A DNA stretch of 64,000 nucleotides from Limnochordia bacterium (lineage in GTDB: Bacteria > Bacillota > Limnochordia > DTU087 > JAAYGB01): positions 5,173-69,172 of the forward strand of contig JAWLBR010000003.1 of the NCBI GenBank assembly GCA_041687495.1, read 5' to 3'. The translations under genes were made by a program, and so were the position numbers. The first letter of the stretch is position 1. Each line of letters begins with the position of its first letter. The notes under the pieces are model-generated. The model had not been told where the DNA came from, searched no databases, and was given only the letters and a program-made list of their open reading frames with translations. This document shows positions 7,583 through 18,504 of this stretch, piece after piece.

Positions 7583-10000
7583 TTATTTCACCACAAAACT
7601 GTAGATTTTGCCAGGGACAAAGATCTCCTTGACGATCGTCTTGTCCGCAATGTGTTTAGCGATGTCAGGATCCTGCAGAGCTTTGGATCGAGCCTCATCC
7701 TGGGAACTCTTCGCGGGCAGGGACAGAGTTCCTCGGAGCTTGCCATTGACCTGAACCGGTACTTCCACGACGTCGGCAATGGCCTTTGCTTCATCCCACG
7801 TCACCCAGCTTTGGGCATGGAGGGCGCCGCCAAAGTCATTTGCCTGCCAGAGCTCCTCGGTCATGTGGGGAGCGAAGGGATTGAGCATGATCAAGAAAGA
7901 CTTCAGCTCGCCTCGGGTGATCTGATTGCGGCCGTAGAACTCGTTGACCATCGCCATTAGTGTGGCTACGGCGGTATTGAACTTCATCCGTTCAATATCT
8001 TCGCTGACCTTGGCCATGGATTGGTGCATCATCGGTTCCAGCTCTGAGGAGTACCCCTCATCCTCGGTGAGGAATTCCTGCATCCGCCACACCCGATCGA
8101 GGAAGCGGCGGCATCCCCGTAGGCCTTGTTGCGACCAGGCGGTAGACTGCTCGAAGGCACCGATAAACATTTCGTAGACCCGAAAGGCGTCAGCCCCAAA
8201 CTCTTCGACCACCTCGTCGGGGTTGATCACATTACCCCGAGATTTGGACATCTTTTCGTTGTTTTCTCCGAGAATCATCCCATGGGAAGTCCGGATTCGA
8301 TAAGGCTCAGGAGTGGGGACCAGGTCCAGGTCGTAGAGGAACTTATGCCAAAACCGAGAGTAGAGCAAATGCAGAGTGGTGTGCTCCATACCACCGTTGT
8401 ACCAGTCCACGGGTGTCCAGTACTCTAGTTCCTCTTTAGCAGCGAACGCGTCTTGGTTGTGGGGGTCGCAGTAGCGCAGGAAATACCAGGACGATCCGGC
8501 CCAGTTGGGCATGGTGTCGGTCTCTCGCTCTGCCGGGGCTCCACATTTCGGACAAGTGGTTTCCACCCAACCTCGGATCTCGGCCAAGGGGGAGTCACCG
8601 GTATCAGTAGGTTGATAGTGCTCCACGTCGGGAAGCACCACCGGAAGCTGATCCTCGGGTACAGGAACCCAGCCGCAGTGATCGCAGTGGATCAGGGGTA
8701 TGGGTTCACCCCAATAGTGCTGCCGGCTAAACACCCAGTCCCGTAGCTTGTAGTTAACTTGCTTGGTACCCAGACCCTGGTCTTGTAGCCAGTCGAGCAT
8801 TTGCGGGATTGCGTCCTTTACACTGAGACCGTTGAGCCAACCGGAATTGACCAGAGTTCCTGATTCGACGTCGGTGTAGGCTTCTTTGTCCACATCGCCT
8901 CCCTGGATGACCTCAACAATGGGAAGGTCAAACTGTTTGGCGAATTCCCAGTCTCGGGTGTCATGGGCAGGGACGGCCATGATGGCGCCGGTTCCGTAAG
9001 TCATCAGGACGTAGTCGGAGATCCACACGGGGATGGCGGATCCAGTTGCAGGGTTGATAGCCTCGACCCCTTCCAACGGCACCCCGGTCTTGTCCTTGGC
9101 CAACTCTGTACGCTCAAAATCCGACTTGCGAGCCGCCTGTTCTCGATATTTCGTCACAGCATCCCAGTTGGTGATTTGCTCCTTGAGTTCATCGACGAGG
9201 GGGTGCTCCGGGGATAAGACCATATATGTAGCTCCAAACAAGGTGTCGGGGCGAGTGGTGAACACTCTGATGGGAGTGTCGCTTCCCGATACGGAAAACT
9301 CGATCTCAGCACCTTCTGAGCGACCAATCCAATTCCGCTGCTGGGTCTTCACTTGGTCAATGTAATCTACCAGGTCGAGATCATCGATGAGCCTTTGGGC
9401 ATAGGCAGTAATCTTGAGCATCCATTGGCTCTTAACCTTGCGGACAACTTCGCCTCCACAGCGTTCGCAGACGCCGTTGACTACTTCTTCATTGGCCAAT
9501 CCGATTTTGCAGCTTGTACACCAATTAATCGGCATTTCAGATTTGTAGGCCAGACCCTTCTTGAACAGTTGGAGGAAGATCCATTGTGTCCAACGGTAGT
9601 ATCCCGGGTCAGTAGTGTTGATCTCCCGCGACCAGTCGAAGGAAAAGCCAAGGCTTTTTAGTTGCTGCTTGAATCTGGCCACGTTTCTGGCAGTGACCGC
9701 TTTGGGGTGGACCTGGTGTTTGATGGCGAAGTTTTCGGTTGGCAAGCCAAAGGCGTCCCAACCCATGGGATAGAGAACGTTGTATCCTTCCAGACGCCGT
9801 TTCCGGGCAATGACATCCAAAGCTGTGTAGCTTCTAGGATGACCTACGTGAAGACCCTCACCCGATGGATAAGGGAACTCTACCAAAGCGTAGTATTTGG
9901 GTTTTGTCTTGTCGTCGAGAACACGGAAAGTACCTTCTTGCTCCCAAATATCCTGCCACTTCCTCTCGACGTGCCGCGGTTCGTAGTTAGCATTGTTCAT
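7583..10000 (-). CDS. leuS: Leucyl-tRNA synthetase
   Basis: 805 aa. HVGHPRSY (HIGH-type) and EKMSKSRGN (KMSKS) motifs, with the CP1 editing-domain architecture. Start [21 protein letters not shown]. Confidence 0.95.
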   Translation of the reverse strand: MNNANYEPRHVERKWQDIWEQEGTFRVLDDKTKPKYYALVEFPYPSGEGLHVGHPRSYTALDVIARKRRLEGYNVLYPMGWDAFGLPTENFAIKHQVHPKAVTARNVARFKQQLKSLGFSFDWSREINTTDPGYYRWTQWIFLQLFKKGLAYKSEMPINWCTSCKIGLANEEVVNGVCERCGGEVVRKVKSQWMLKITAYAQRLIDDLDLVDYIDQVKTQQRNWIGRSEGAEIEFSVSGSDTPIRVFTTRPDTLFGATYMVLSPEHPLVDELKEQITNWDAVTKYREQAARKSDFERTELAKDKTGVPLEGVEAINPATGSAIPVWISDYVLMTYGTGAIMAVPAHDTRDWEFAKQFDLPIVEVIQGGDVDKEAYTDVESGTLVNSGWLNGLSVKDAIPQMLDWLQDQGLGTKQVNYKLRDWVFSRQHYWGEPIPLIHCDHCGWVPVPEDQLPVVLPDVEHYQPTDTGDSPLAEIRGWVETTCPKCGAPAERETDTMPNWAGSSWYFLRYCDPHNQDAFAAKEELEYWTPVDWYNGGMEHTTLHLLYSRFWHKFLYDLDLVPTPEPYRIRTSHGMILGENNEKMSKSRGNVINPDEVVEEFGADAFRVYEMFIGAFEQSTAWSQQGLRGCRRFLDRVWRMQEFLTEDEGYSSELEPMMHQSMAKVSEDIERMKFNTAVATLMAMVNEFYGRNQITRGELKSFLIMLNPFAPHMTEELWQANDFGGALHAQSWVTWDEAKAIADVVEVPVQVNGKLRGTLSLPAKSSQDEARSKALQDPDIAKHIADKTIVKEIFVPGKIYSFVVK

Positions 10001-10072
10001 CTGTGAGTGCCCTCCTTGTCATGCCGTAGTTATACATGGCAGACATTCCAACTGTTGGTTCAATTTAGCTCT

Positions 10073-10101
10073 ATACTACGCCAGATCCGAGACAAGGTCA
10101 A
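10073..10101 (-). promoter_or_regulatory. Putative leuS promoter (minus strand TTGACC, 17-nt spacer, TAGTAT)
   Basis: The reverse complement of 10073-10101 reads ttgaccttgtctcggatctggcgtagtat. This leaves only a ~75-nt leader. Confidence 0.4.
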
Positions 10102-10299
10102 ACCTCGTCTTCGCCACAGTATCTCTTCGGTGCAAATAGACAAGCATACTGCAACGGCATGCCAGTGGACAAGATCCTCGCCATCGGTGAATCGGAGACT
10201 GCCAGCAGCGATGCGGGAGGTATTACTCAGGCACTGGAGAAACTGGGATTGTGGCCTTTTAGGCCCGCGAATGATGGCAGCCTTGAGGAGGGAAACCAG

Positions 10300-11019
10300 G
10301 TGAGTAAGCCTTATTTGCTCTTTGATGTCGGTGGTACCTTGGTGTATCCAGATCCGGAAGTGACGGCACAGGTGTGCAGTGACTGGGGGTATCAGTTGTC
10401 GGCTGAGGAGATTTTGTCATCATTTTTTGCGACGCTGTATCGCATGGATTGTGCCTTGCGAGAAACGGGTTCGGTGGATTGGACCGATTCCTTCTTGCCG
10501 CTGGGTTTGGTGGCGAAGGGCGTGGCTTCCAAAGACGCCGTCGACATTATTGCAGAAACCAAAGCCCGTAAGCTGCCCCAGGGGTTGTGGACTTTCACCT
10601 ACCCAGTAGTGCGTGAAACCTTACACCGATTGCAGACAGCCGGTTTTCGAATGGCGGCCATCTCCAACTCCGACGGGACCGTTGAGCAGCAATTGAGGGA
10701 TGTGGGTCTTGCCGGCTACTTTCACCGGGTGTTTGACTCTGCGGTAGTCGGAGTGGAAAAGCCAGATTCAAAGATCTTTCACGTGGCTTTAGCGGAGTTG
10801 GGGCTCGAGCCTGACGCCTGTATCTACGTGGGCGACGTGTTTATGCTAGACGTCCAGGGAGCCAATCGAGCGGGATTGCGGGCAGTGCATATCGACAATT
10901 CTGGGCTGTATCAAGACTGGCCTGGTCTTCACTTCTCGCATGTCAGTCAGCTTGCCGACGCTCTCATTGATGGTACCTTGGCCCTTGATGACGAGAGATT
11001 GACAGTTTTTCGAAGTTAG
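10300..11019 (+). CDS. HAD-superfamily hydrolase
   Basis: HAD motif I LLFDVGGTLV and motif IV VGDVFMLDVQGANRAG. Probable GTG start at 10300 with SD GAGGAGGG 7 nt upstream. The upstream ATG at 10159 lacks an SD and would overlap the leuS leader. Confidence 0.75.
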   Translation: MSKPYLLFDVGGTLVYPDPEVTAQVCSDWGYQLSAEEILSSFFATLYRMDCALRETGSVDWTDSFLPLGLVAKGVASKDAVDIIAETKARKLPQGLWTFTYPVVRETLHRLQTAGFRMAAISNSDGTVEQQLRDVGLAGYFHRVFDSAVVGVEKPDSKIFHVALAELGLEPDACIYVGDVFMLDVQGANRAGLRAVHIDNSGLYQDWPGLHFSHVSQLADALIDGTLALDDERLTVFRS

Positions 11020-11173
11020 CGGCAAGGGCCTCGGCTTGATTGCCTGCGGCCTCCCGCTTGAGTGCCCTTCTTGAACTCCTCCGTCCCAAGACGGAGCCGA
11101 ACTCCTACCGCAGTCCCTGGGGCGGACTGGTTGCTCATGCTATACTTAACTCATGAGATGTCTGAGGGGACGG

Positions 11174-12532
11174 ATGGGTATGGTTCAAAGTTCGCAAGAA
11201 CGAATTTCTTTGTGGAGAAGGCTGTTTATTAACCGAGACTATGGGTTGTTGTTTGTGGGTCGGTTGGTGTCACAGATTGGCGACGGGGTCCATTACTTTG
11301 CACTGACCTGGCTGGTTCTCGACTTAACGGGGTCGGGAACAGCCTTGGGTTCACTGCTGATGGCCTCAACACTTCCCGGTATTTTGCTATCCCCGTTTGC
11401 TGGGGTGATTGCCGACACTGTGGATCGGAAGTTGATCGTAGTTGCGGCGGATGTGGTCCGTGGTTTGCTGATGCTTGTTCTAGCCGGAGTCTATTTCGCC
11501 GGGCAGCTGAGCTTATCTATTCTCTATGTAGCAACAGTATTACTGTCGCTGTGTGGTGTTGTGTTCGGACCGGCCATCTCTGCTGCGACGCCAAACCTGG
11601 TAAGGAAAGAGGAGTTGGTCCAGGCGAACGCTAGGGACAGCTTCTCTATGAGTGCAACGGGTATTCTGGGCCCGATTGTCGGCGCGGCTCTGCTCGGGCT
11701 CACTGGGTACTTTGGAGTGTTCTTACTTAACGGAGTATCTTTTCTGGCTTCCGCTGTATCCGAGATGTTTATTCGCTTTCCCAAGGCAGCGGGACATGGT
11801 GCTGACAGTCTGGGCACGAACGAAGACTCTGAGAGTCGGGCTAGGCCCATGCAGCAGCTGGTCGTGAACTTCAAGGAAGGGCTAGCCTATATCTGGGAAA
11901 ATCCTGGTCTGCGCACGATAATTCTGTTTGCATTAGCCTTGAATTTCATCTGGAACCCACTGTTCTCGATCGTGCTTCCTTACTTCGGTAAAGAAGTACT
12001 GCAGATGAAAGCCAGCCATTTCGGATTAACCCAGTCCAGCTTTCCGGCGGGATTGCTACTGGGTACCTTCTTGGTCGGCGCACTGACGCAAAGAATCAAG
12101 AAGCACCGCTTACTGGCACTTGGAGTCAGCGTGGAAGGGATTCTTACTCTCCTGATGAGCATCCTCGCCCTACGTGTGATTCACGAGGGACTGTCACCGC
12201 TGGCTTTGGTAGGTAGCTTGGCTGTGCCTATACTGCTTCTGGGCGTGTGCAACGTACAGATCAACGTGCCCTTCAAAGTTGTGCTGCAGGAAACGGTACC
12301 AGACACCCATAGGGGGAGGGTATTTGGGCTTCTAGACAGCTTGGTGCAGATCCTTGTCCCCGTTTCGATGGCTTTGTTTGGAGTACTGGTGGACGTTGTC
12401 CCCACCTTTTATTTCCTAGTCATGTGTGGAGCCATTTCAGTGGTCTTGGGTATCGGTATGGGTATGTCTACCAGTATTCGAGGACTATATGAGCAGCCGA
12501 CGGCTGAACATGACTCCAAAAGGGCAGTATGA
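11174..12532 (+). CDS. MFS transporter (12-TM, drug/H+ antiporter-like)
   Basis: About 450 aa of hydrophobic 12-TM pattern. Motif-A-like GVIADTVDRKL. Start chosen at the ATG with SD GAGGGGA; the listed ORF begins at 11153. Confidence 0.8.
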   Translation: MGMVQSSQERISLWRRLFINRDYGLLFVGRLVSQIGDGVHYFALTWLVLDLTGSGTALGSLLMASTLPGILLSPFAGVIADTVDRKLIVVAADVVRGLLMLVLAGVYFAGQLSLSILYVATVLLSLCGVVFGPAISAATPNLVRKEELVQANARDSFSMSATGILGPIVGAALLGLTGYFGVFLLNGVSFLASAVSEMFIRFPKAAGHGADSLGTNEDSESRARPMQQLVVNFKEGLAYIWENPGLRTIILFALALNFIWNPLFSIVLPYFGKEVLQMKASHFGLTQSSFPAGLLLGTFLVGALTQRIKKHRLLALGVSVEGILTLLMSILALRVIHEGLSPLALVGSLAVPILLLGVCNVQINVPFKVVLQETVPDTHRGRVFGLLDSLVQILVPVSMALFGVLVDVVPTFYFLVMCGAISVVLGIGMGMSTSIRGLYEQPTAEHDSKRAV

Positions 12533-12644
12533 GTTTGGCCAGAAAACGTCCACCAAGTCTTTGCTACCTGGAGCAGTTTCGCTCAGAGTTTCAGTGCTAG
12601 ACTAAGTTGAGAAAACGGAGTGATAGTACACTTTGAGGCGCTGC

Positions 12645-12718
12645 ACATTTCCCAAAGGGATTGCCACTTTCCACTGCGAGAGTCATCCCCAGGGGCTTGT
12701 AGCGCCTCTTGTCTGTCT
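12645..12718. terminator. Complex convergent terminator-like structure (11-bp outer stem enclosing two small hairpins)
   Basis: gaggcgctgca (12645-12655) pairs with tgtagcgcctc (12708-12718). Inner hairpins are cccaaaggg and ccccagggg. Lies between the MFS(+) stop and the regulator(-) stop. Confidence 0.4.
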
Positions 12719-12733
12719 GGAAGCAAGTGTAGA

Positions 12734-13834
12734 TTATCCGTCTAGATCAAGGAACCGCTTGAGATCTTCGAACAACTCAGCGACCTGCTCTCCATTGATT
12801 TCATGCAGTGCTTTACCGTTCTCTCGACGGGTAGTGATTAGTCCGGCTTCCCGGAGAATCTTGGCATGGTTGCTTACCGTCGGACGGGCAAGACCCAAGA
12901 ACGAAGCAATCTCTGTGTTGTACATCCCAAACTCTCGAATCAGGCGGAGAATGGTCAGGCGGGTTGGATCCGAAAGAGCCGACACCTTCTGGGAGATGCT
13001 CTCAGCGAAGCGGCGAAAGGCATCTAGAACCGGCCCCGATTCGGCAAAAGAGACACAAAAAGTTTCAGGGGTTATGGACCAGGTATCAGGAAGGCCAATT
13101 GGCTCGCTCCAGAACATCACTTTCAGCCCCATCTTCTCAATCCCCGCCAGCAGCTCTGGCTGAGTTCGCAGGGGATTGTGTCCGGGAAGCCAATGAAGAG
13201 TCTCAGAGGTTAGCTCGTGACCTTTGAGGGCTTCGTTCACGCTGCTTTCCATGAGACGCATCCGATCCAGCTGTTTTGAGCGGAATGGCTCCCAGTACTG
13301 GTAGTACAGCCGATCCAAGAGCATCCAGAATCTTTGATGCAGTTCTCCGTCGGCGAGGATGCTAGCCGCCAGCTGTGCGTCATCATCGATGATTGTCATT
13401 CGGCGGTTCGAAAGCTCCTTGCCAACCCCTGCAAACAGCTTGCGCTGTGCCTGGGTAATTAGTGCCACGAGTTCGGCACGGTTGGACAAGTCCTCTGACA
13501 CGCCTAGGTCTAGTGGCATTGTTTTCTCCCGAAAACGCTGCACAGCCTGATCTATCGTCAGAGAGCGGATCGCCATGGAAGACTGGTCGTAGTCATTTCC
13601 CTCCAACACTTCGGCCACAGTGGCTGCATAATCCAAGAAGGAAAACAGCCTTTTCCGACCCAGGAGCGTTCGCAATTCAGTGCTCAGACTCGCTGGCACC
13701 TGCTGGATCAGCTCTATCAAGTGATTAGGCGTTTCTTTCTCTGTGTAGTGACCGCAGAGGGCTGATACAAAAGTCTCCATTTCTAGCATGACTGAGCGGC
13801 TGACATATCCTTGATTTTGCCCATCAGCTGACAT
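12734..13834 (-). CDS. ArsR/SmtB-family transcriptional regulator with a ~270-aa N-terminal extension of unknown function
   Basis: C-terminal winged HTH LSDPTRLTILRLIREFGMYNTEIASFLGLARPTVSNHAKILREAGLI. SD AAAGGGAGAG, and the ATG immediately follows the TAA of the upstream MFS gene. Confidence 0.75.
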   Translation of the reverse strand: MSADGQNQGYVSRSVMLEMETFVSALCGHYTEKETPNHLIELIQQVPASLSTELRTLLGRKRLFSFLDYAATVAEVLEGNDYDQSSMAIRSLTIDQAVQRFREKTMPLDLGVSEDLSNRAELVALITQAQRKLFAGVGKELSNRRMTIIDDDAQLAASILADGELHQRFWMLLDRLYYQYWEPFRSKQLDRMRLMESSVNEALKGHELTSETLHWLPGHNPLRTQPELLAGIEKMGLKVMFWSEPIGLPDTWSITPETFCVSFAESGPVLDAFRRFAESISQKVSALSDPTRLTILRLIREFGMYNTEIASFLGLARPTVSNHAKILREAGLITTRRENGKALHEINGEQVAELFEDLKRFLDLDG

Positions 13835-15121
13835 TTACATCTCTCCCTTTGCCAAGGGTCTTACGCTCTGCGATCCATGAACAGGTGCTTGTTGCTTTCG
13901 CCTCTCGGCCACAAAGATGGTGGTGAGCGCAAGCAGCAGTAGTGCGACTCCGGAGACCAGAAAAAACGGCCCGACCGATAGAAAACGGGGAACAATCATA
14001 GGAGTTATTGCTAAGGAGATTAGCTGTCCAGCGACGATAACCGCTTGAAACAGGCCGGCTATCCTGCCAAGAATCTTGGTGGGAGATACTGTCTGCAACA
14101 CGGTGGTGCTTTGAACTAAGACTACACCGTTTCCCCAGCCTCCCACGAGTGAAGCGACTATGGCAATGGTCCTAGCCATTCCTGAGCTTACGTATGCGGA
14201 CAACCCCAGAGATAAGACCAGCGCCGCCAGGCACATCAACCCGGTTCCCAGATCCCTGAAGGGACGGGCACTCCCTTTTCTCACCAGGAGATAGATGCCT
14301 GATGCCGCGCTACCTAAACCGACTCCTCCCAGATACATCCCATAAAACCGTTCGCCAGCCCGTAGAATATCCCTCGTATAGACCGATGACAGAACGTCCA
14401 AACCCATGATCGTGATCATCGCAAAGAAGCCGGCGGCGAAAAGAAGCTTAAGTGGCGCACTCTGGCGCAGGAAAGGCCATACCTTTTGCTTTCCCGCCGC
14501 CGTTTGATCGTGTTTCACCTCGGGCAGCGTATCGTTATCTTCGACTTGGGACCGGATCAGCCGTCTGGAAAGCAGTGAGATTAGCCCAGCGGCCACAGCG
14601 AAGGAGAGAACGTCGAGAATGACCGCAGCCCGAGGGCCTATCGCCCCTACTATAGCTGCTCCGATCATTGGGCCAAAAACCTTAACCAACGATGAAATCT
14701 GCTGCAGAAGCGCATTGGCCTTTGTCAGGTCCTCACCGTCTACGATATGGGGAAGCAGGCTCTGCCGCCCTGGAGTGATTACGGCCAAGAAAACGGACTC
14801 CAAGACGATGCATAAGTACACCAAAGGTAGACTATTGACCATGATCAGCAGCGATACAGCGGCACCGGCAAGAAGGTTTGCTGCCAACATCATGTGGGTC
14901 TGATTGTACTTGTCGCATAGTTTTCCCCCCAGCGGACCGAAAATCAGGACTGGAAGCAGCCCCGCAAGGAAGACCCCGCTGCTCTCTGCAACACCACCAT
15001 CACCTCGAAAGACAAGCAAAGAGAAGACGGCCATCATCGTAATCCAGTTCCCCAGAGTACTAATGGCCTCTGCTGCAGCCAAAATCAGCAAAGGTTTGTT
15101 CGCAAGAATTTTGTTAGGCAT
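13835..15121 (-). CDS. MFS transporter
   Basis: 12-TM hydrophobic profile, operonic with the downstream regulator. Start chosen at the ATG with SD AAGGTGG; the ORF is listed to 15127. Confidence 0.8.
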   Translation of the reverse strand: MPNKILANKPLLILAAAEAISTLGNWITMMAVFSLLVFRGDGGVAESSGVFLAGLLPVLIFGPLGGKLCDKYNQTHMMLAANLLAGAAVSLLIMVNSLPLVYLCIVLESVFLAVITPGRQSLLPHIVDGEDLTKANALLQQISSLVKVFGPMIGAAIVGAIGPRAAVILDVLSFAVAAGLISLLSRRLIRSQVEDNDTLPEVKHDQTAAGKQKVWPFLRQSAPLKLLFAAGFFAMITIMGLDVLSSVYTRDILRAGERFYGMYLGGVGLGSAASGIYLLVRKGSARPFRDLGTGLMCLAALVLSLGLSAYVSSGMARTIAIVASLVGGWGNGVVLVQSTTVLQTVSPTKILGRIAGLFQAVIVAGQLISLAITPMIVPRFLSVGPFFLVSGVALLLLALTTIFVAERRKQQAPVHGSQSVRPLAKGEM

Positions 15122-15386
15122 CTCCATACCACCTTACCGTAGCCAAATGACTACGTTGATTTGAGTCCAGTGTACGAAATCATGAAGACAAAGTCAAGTG
15201 TTTTCTGAAAAAGTAGTGCTCCGTTCCGACAGTCCTACTGGGAAGCAAGTGGGGAGGGCAGATGGATTAAGCCCAGCGGTGGGAGAATTGATTGGTACCC
15301 ATTCTTACCCTCCTGTCTCGAAGCTGTGGTGTATAATGAGACCAGACCAGATTTTACTTCCTCGTTAGGGAGCGCCGGCTGAAATC

Positions 15387-17204
15387 ATGGTCTGCCAGCG
15401 TGAGCGGGCTCACGTGGGCAAGTACCGTACTTCAAGCAGTAAAGGAGTAGATCAGGACAGAATGGATCAACTCAAACGCTTTGTGTCGTACTATCGAGCT
15501 GAGTGGAAGTTGTTTACCCTAGACATGATTTGCGCCAGTCTGATGGCTGGTATGGACTTGGTTTTTCCCATGGTGACTAGGGTCTTTATGAAGGATTTTA
15601 TCCCTAATCAGAATCTGAGGTCTATCGTTCTTTTTATTGCTGCCCTGTTTGGGCTGTACTTGTTTCACCTGGCCTGTCTGTACATCACGGATTACTGGGG
15701 GCATGTGGTGGGATCCAGAATGGAATATGCAATGCGGCGGGATCTGTTTAAGCACCTGCAAAAGATGGATTTCATGTTCTTTGACGACACCAAAGTCGGT
15801 CATCTGATGTCAAGAGTGGTCAACGACCTACGGGATGTGTCGGAACTTGCCCACCACGGGCCTGAGGACTTGTTCATAGCTACCTTGATGCTCATCGGAT
15901 CTTTCTGGTATTTGGCACGGATTAACCTTAGTCTCACCCTGATCACTTTTGCCTTTGTCCCCATTTTGTGCTGGTACGCCGTTTCCCGCTGGAAAGCGAT
16001 GAGCACTGCACTCATGAACGAGCGCAAGCAGATAGCAGAGGTGAACGCAGAGCTTGAGAACAGCCTGGCAGGAATTCGAGTAGCGAAGAGTTTTGCTAAT
16101 GAACCCTACGAGGAGCAGCGGTTTGAGAAGGCTAATTGGGAGTTCCGAGAGGCCACTAGGCGAGGATACCGAGCAGAGGCGCAGTTCACCGGTGGTATGA
16201 GCTTTCTCACAAACATGGTCAACCTGACAGTGCTGGGGGCAGGGGCTCTGTACACTTACCACGGACGCATTGATTTTGCAGACCTCACCGCGTACCTAAT
16301 GTTTATCAATCTGTTCTTGCAGCCCATCGGCCGATTAACTAACTTTACCCGTCTATATCAAGAAGGGATGACCGGGTTCACTCGGTTTATGGAAATGATG
16401 AAGATCAGGCCGAGCATTGTTGACAGCGAGAGTGCAATCAAGCTGCAGGATGTCAAGGGAGCCATTGAGCTGCAGGATGTCTGTTTCCAATACAGAGAGC
16501 AGTCTGAGGTACTGAACAACATCGACCTGAAGATTGAGCCGGGAAAGACGGTGGCGTTTGTCGGTCCTTCAGGCGGGGGAAAGACAACCCTGTGTCATCT
16601 GATTCCGCGATTTTACGATGTGTCCAGTGGGGATATCTTAATCGATGGTGTGAACATCAAGAACCTGCAGGTAGATTCGCTGCGGCGTAACATCGGATTG
16701 GTGCAGCAGGACGTGTTTTTGTTCACCGGAACCATCCGGGACAATATCTTGTATGGCAATCCAACGGCGACAGAGGCGGAATTGGTGGAAGCTGCTAAGA
16801 ACGCCCGTATCCACAATTTCATCATGTCCCTGCCCGACGGCTACGATACATATGTGGGTGAACGGGGGATTAAGCTCTCTGGGGGGCAAAAGCAGCGGAT
16901 ATCTATTGCTCGAGTGTTCCTGAAAAATCCACCCATTCTGATTCTAGATGAGGCGACTTCAGCGTTGGATACAGCGACGGAGCAGGGCATTCAGGAGGCG
17001 CTAACCAGTCTGTCCCAGGATCGTACGACCCTGATCATCGCCCATCGATTATCAACCATCCGGCATGCCGATGAGATCGTCGTCTTGACCGAGGGAAGGA
17101 TTCAGGAGCGGGGAACCCATGCGCAGTTGATGGCCAGAGGCGGTATCTATGCTACATTACGTGGAGGCCAGTCAGAGATCGTTGCGGAGAGCTCCGCTGT
17201 GTGA
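15387..17204 (+). CDS. ABC transporter permease/ATP-binding protein (type I exporter, probably homodimeric)
   Basis: TM domain plus NBD: GPSGGGKTT, LSGGQKQRISIARVFL, ILILDEATSALD, AHRLSTI. The true start is possibly the ATG at 15462 (MDQLKRF...). An extended -10 gTGtATAAT lies at about 15330-15341. Confidence 0.8.
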   Translation: MVCQRERAHVGKYRTSSSKGVDQDRMDQLKRFVSYYRAEWKLFTLDMICASLMAGMDLVFPMVTRVFMKDFIPNQNLRSIVLFIAALFGLYLFHLACLYITDYWGHVVGSRMEYAMRRDLFKHLQKMDFMFFDDTKVGHLMSRVVNDLRDVSELAHHGPEDLFIATLMLIGSFWYLARINLSLTLITFAFVPILCWYAVSRWKAMSTALMNERKQIAEVNAELENSLAGIRVAKSFANEPYEEQRFEKANWEFREATRRGYRAEAQFTGGMSFLTNMVNLTVLGAGALYTYHGRIDFADLTAYLMFINLFLQPIGRLTNFTRLYQEGMTGFTRFMEMMKIRPSIVDSESAIKLQDVKGAIELQDVCFQYREQSEVLNNIDLKIEPGKTVAFVGPSGGGKTTLCHLIPRFYDVSSGDILIDGVNIKNLQVDSLRRNIGLVQQDVFLFTGTIRDNILYGNPTATEAELVEAAKNARIHNFIMSLPDGYDTYVGERGIKLSGGQKQRISIARVFLKNPPILILDEATSALDTATEQGIQEALTSLSQDRTTLIIAHRLSTIRHADEIVVLTEGRIQERGTHAQLMARGGIYATLRGGQSEIVAESSAV

Positions 17205-17350
17205 TGCAAATGCATTGCTGAAGACAATCAGTGGATATCAGAGATGGTGGGGTTCGCCCCACCATTTTTTCGATCCAATCAACAGGGTTCTTAGCTCAAT
17301 GGCGAAATCAGAATATAGCCACTACTAACTTGATGGAGGCGGTAATTGCC

Positions 17351-18457
17351 ATGAGAATTCTGACGCAGCGTCCGGAACCAGACATAGCTGGCTTTGTGCA
17401 GGGAGTCAAGACCAATACTCCGTTTGACCGGGTTCATTTTGTGGAGCTTTTTCTGGATCAAGAAGTTCTTCGGTATGTGCTCGAGCAGCATCTAGGCGGG
17501 CAGTGGGTTAGTCCACTACCGGATGACATCGAAAGTCAGAAGGCCTACTGGAGAAATCACGTGCACGTTTGGCATCGGCTGGGCTATGACTATGTCCGGA
17601 TGTCACCCATGGGTAATGACCGACTTCGTTTCCCAACACAGCGCAATCTGGTTGAGGATACCGCTGCACTGAAAAGGCAGCAAAGGGCATGGACCAATGA
17701 AGGCACAGGTCCCATATCTACCTGGGAGGAGTTCGAAAAGTACCCTTGGCCGTCAGTGGAGAAGCTGAATCTTGAAGTTTTTGAGTATGTCTCGGAAATT
17801 CTTCCGGATGGTATGGGCTTATTTGTCTGTCCCTCTTCTGGGGTGCTCGAGATTCCTATCAATGATCTGCTGGGATACCAGAACCTCTGCTTTCTGATGT
17901 ACGATAACCCAGAACTGGTGAAGGCGGTGTTTGACCGGGTCGGAAATACTATCCTGTCATGGTATCGGCAGGTTGTGGGTCTAGATAAGCTAGTCGGATT
18001 CTTCCAGGGTGATGACATGGGGTTCAAAACATCGACCATGATGCCCCCGGATTTTCTAAGGGAGCACGTGCTTTCATACCACGGGCGTTTTGTTCAGCTT
18101 GCCCACAACCATGATCTGGTGTATTTCTTACACGCTTGTGGGAACCTGAGCACAATCATGCCAGATTTGGTTGAGCAGGTGGGAATAGATGGTAAGCACT
18201 CGTTCGAAGACGCCATAGAGCCAGTTGAGGATTTTCAGCAACGCTACGGTGACCGTGTCACCCCCCTAGGTGGAATCGACGTAGACAGATTGTGCCGCAT
18301 GGATGAAGCCAGTCTGCGGGACCATGTTGCATCTGTGTTGGACGCATGTATGCCGAGGGGACCCTATGCATTAGGATCGGGTAATACGGTGACCAACTAT
18401 GTCAGCATAGACAACTATCTGGCGATGTTGGATGAAGGCCTTTCCTGGAGGAGGTAG
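17351..18457 (+). CDS. Uroporphyrinogen decarboxylase (URO-D)-family protein (MtaA/CmuA-like methyltransferase fold), function unknown
   Basis: About 369 aa from the ATG with SD GGAGG. Paralogous to 18505-19566 and 63047-end by overall similarity. Confidence 0.65.
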   Translation: MRILTQRPEPDIAGFVQGVKTNTPFDRVHFVELFLDQEVLRYVLEQHLGGQWVSPLPDDIESQKAYWRNHVHVWHRLGYDYVRMSPMGNDRLRFPTQRNLVEDTAALKRQQRAWTNEGTGPISTWEEFEKYPWPSVEKLNLEVFEYVSEILPDGMGLFVCPSSGVLEIPINDLLGYQNLCFLMYDNPELVKAVFDRVGNTILSWYRQVVGLDKLVGFFQGDDMGFKTSTMMPPDFLREHVLSYHGRFVQLAHNHDLVYFLHACGNLSTIMPDLVEQVGIDGKHSFEDAIEPVEDFQQRYGDRVTPLGGIDVDRLCRMDEASLRDHVASVLDACMPRGPYALGSGNTVTNYVSIDNYLAMLDEGLSWRR

Positions 18458-18504
18458 TGAGACGTGTCAGAGGGCGCCAAGGCTGGCGCCCTCTCCTTAC
18501 CTGC

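Noticed and set aside
7559-10006. A series of plus-strand ORFs (7559-7960, 7944-8177, 8126-8428, 8453-8746, 8963-9217, 9033-9365, 9353-9661, 9662-10006) antisense to leuS
   Set aside because: They tile the opposite strand of a full-length, motif-complete leuS and have no SD sequences or recognisable motifs. This is the usual shadow-ORF pattern in GC-rich coding DNA.
10159-10299. Upstream extension of the HAD hydrolase ORF to the ATG at 10159
   Set aside because: It has no SD and overlaps the leuS promoter/leader. The in-frame GTG at 10300 has a strong GAGGAGGG SD and sits just before HAD motif I.
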